From NCBI GenBank assembly GCA_017380115.1, contig JAFOEP010000038.1, forward strand, positions 1-33,517: DNA of 33,517 nt, read 5' to 3'. Shown here one piece after another: positions 32,650 through 33,517 of this stretch. The translations under genes were made by a program, and so were the position numbers. The DNA comes from Clostridia bacterium. GTDB taxonomy: Bacteria; Bacillota; Clostridia; Oscillospirales; Acutalibacteraceae. The notes below the pieces were generated by a model. The model was given only the letters and a program-made list of their open reading frames with translations, had not been told where the DNA came from and did no database searches. The stretch's first letter is position 1; each line of letters begins with the position of its first letter.

Positions 32650-33517
32650 CTATTTGGAAGTAATCTTGCTTATTACATCCTGCCAGAGAGCATCGCGTCT
32701 CACCGAGTAAACATAGCACATGTCAATGCCGTTGTCATCCACCTCGTAAAAATTATCATATCCAGGTAAATAAGCCTTGACTATTCTTGAATACATAAAT
32801 CTATCATCATCGTTTAACAGCCACGCAACCGCTGTGACATCCCATATCACACGTGTCCAAGGCCGTCCCGATGCATAAGATTCTGCCTCTGCTATTGTGC
32901 TCTTTGCAAGATAATCTGATATCTTATTTTTACCCAAAAACCAATATTCAAGCTCGGGCTTTGAAATAGTAAATTCACTCACCACACCACAACAAGGTAA
33001 CTGAACAAACGGGACGCCACTGTTCATAACAACTCTTGCCGCAGCAATATCCTGCATTAAATTAAATTCTTTTGTGTTATGAAAATGCTGTGCATGTCCT
33101 CCTAGCCAGACTACAACCGTATTCTTTGCAACTTCAGGATTAATAAGTATTGCTGAGGCGATATTTGTAATAGCCCCGATAGCCACAACGTAAAGCGGAC
33201 TTTCAGTGGAATAATCCTTTACACGCTCGGCGAGATCAAGTGCCGCCGCAGACATAACAGGGGTATTTTCATCGGGCAGGTAGTTTTCTGAACCTTTGAA
33301 TACATCCACTTCCTCTTCCATAAGCCGAAGAAGCTTAAGTATCTCGTCATAGCTCTTATGCATGCCATCGGCAGGACCTGATGATTTTGGATTGTAAAAG
33401 GGAGCAGCGTATATTGCCTTTGTGCACAATTTGTCTTTTGACCTTAGCAGATACGCAACTGCAAACTGATCATCAATTTCATTATATGTATCTGTATCAA
33501 GAACTACATCTACTGAA
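32650..33517 (-). CDS. Nucleoside hydrolase (inosine/uridine-preferring family); the 5' end lies beyond the window
   Basis: Extending the track ORF upstream in frame gives SVDVVLDTDTYNEIDDQFAVAYLL, the N-terminal DxDxxxDD signature. The TTG start in the ORF track is therefore internal. Confidence 0.8.
   Translation of the reverse strand, partial: SVDVVLDTDTYNEIDDQFAVAYLLRSKDKLCTKAIYAAPFYNPKSSGPADGMHKSYDEILKLLRLMEEEVDVFKGSENYLPDENTPVMSAAALDLAERVKDYSTESPLYVVAIGAITNIASAILINPEVAKNTVVVWLGGHAQHFHNTKEFNLMQDIAAARVVMNSGVPFVQLPCCGVVSEFTISKPELEYWFLGKNKISDYLAKSTIAEAESYASGRPWTRVIWDVTAVAWLLNDDDRFMYSRIVKAYLPGYDNFYEVDDNGIDMCYVYSVRRDALWQDVISKITSK

Overview
Low-GC, Clostridia-like chromosomal segment with about 30 genes, almost all on the minus strand. 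Most of it is housekeeping. Reading along the plus strand: the start of rnfC preceded (on the minus strand) by apbE, a NusG-domain-II gene and a Gx-transporter gene; an overlapping pair of cytoplasmic glycoside hydrolases (GH78-like, GH20-like); efp plus a CD1247-like acidic zinc-ribbon gene; hom and aspartate kinase; a YtvI/AI-2E-type permease; a comM/yifB-like ATPase; a SigH-like sigma factor and a small zinc-ribbon protein; a large CHAP/Big_2/8x Big_3 surface hydrolase; then a long co-directional string of MFS transporter, rarA, galU, two membrane proteins, glnS and gltX; then spo0A. The only clearly accessory, rearranged part is 28.8-32.6 kb, upstream of spo0A. It holds a truncated IS200/IS605 tnpA with a GC-rich multi-hairpin end, and two diverged orphan 3' fragments of spoIVB in direct orientation. 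These fragments bracket a more G+C-rich cassette of an FAD-dependent oxidoreductase and a divergent PocR-like/AraC regulator. A partial nucleoside hydrolase follows. No intact spoIVB is present at its usual place next to spo0A. Other points worth a second look: the permease ORF escapes its expected stop at an A10 homopolymer and reads through a bidirectional terminator into the convergent gene; and a 21-nt motif occurs three times in terminator contexts. I found no rRNA, tRNA or CRISPR array, and no recognisable defence or toxin system. All functional calls come from reading motifs by eye in the ORF translations, not from database searches.
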